Positions 63,600 to 64,000 of a stretch of 64,000 nucleotides of DNA are shown piece after piece. Positions within the stretch are counted from its first letter, which is position 1. Every line of letters starts with the position of its first letter. Position numbers and translations under genes: made by a program. This DNA is from the human T2T-CHM13v2.0 reference genome, Homo sapiens. Where the stretch lies: assembly GCF_009914755.1 (NCBI RefSeq), contig NC_060947.1; one strand, given 5' to 3'. The notes under the pieces are model-generated. The model did not search any database. It had not been told where the DNA came from and saw only the letters and a list, made by a program, of their open reading frames with translations.

Positions 63600-64000
63600 G
63601 CTGTCATCTCTGACCAGGTCAGTAGCTTGGTCTTCGCACTCCTTATCTAGTCCTGCTACAACCTATTTTCAACCCAGCAGATAAAGTCAGTGTTTTCAAG
63701 CATAAGACAAATCATGTCATTCCCCTGCATATACCCTGTCAGTGGCTTCTTATTACCTCCTCACATCACTGATCTTGGCATTCAAGGCTTGGAGATGGCA
63801 TAGCCTCCCTCTTCCAGTTCACCCCATCCCACTCTTCCCTTTTATTTTCTGGGATCTAGTCAAACCGCTTTCTTTTCAGCATTTGAAACACAAAAAGCTC
63901 TTATCTTCTTTAAGACCTTTGCATGGACTTTTTCCTTCAGCTTGGAAAGCTTTTCCCCAGATCTTGTTATCATCCTAATCTTTCAGATCTCAGATAAAAT
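63600..64000 (+). mobile_element. L2 LINE fragment
   Basis: AATCATGTCATTCCCCTGC..GGCATTCAAGGC..GCTTGGAAAGCTTTTCCCCAGATCTT. Confidence 0.75.

Overview
This is AT-rich, CpG-poor primate DNA. Alu, L1PA, THE1 and MER elements, including AluY and an L1PA3-like copy, point to human or great ape. I find no credible host protein-coding exon, RNA gene, CRISPR array or prokaryotic system. Nearly all ORFs in the track are retroelement fragments, microsatellite read-throughs or chance frames. The main feature is a decayed minus-strand ERV1 provirus (4162-17096) with two LTRs, a 4-bp TSD, a tRNA-Arg(CCU)-type primer-binding site, gag/pol remnants and an env that resembles the placental ERVV-1/ERVV-2 envelope. 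Its CA-NC-PR-5'RT segment (~2 kb) is missing and is replaced by a nested L1/AluY/L1PA3 stack, which appears to record an L1-insertion-mediated deletion with a 3' transduction. The rest of the window holds a near-full-length old L1MA, many SINE/LINE/MaLR/DNA-transposon relics and several small rearrangements: a twin-primed micro-inversion, a THE1-in-THE1 fold-back, a templated ~90-bp copy and a perfect 47-bp tandem duplication. Candidate regulatory signals in unique DNA are three clusters of three AP-1 sites, a GATA/homeobox-rich block and acceptor-donor 'ratchet' (recursive-splicing-like) motifs on the + strand. Subfamily names come from remembered consensus sequences and need RepeatMasker/Dfam confirmation. 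Boundaries of old elements are approximate.
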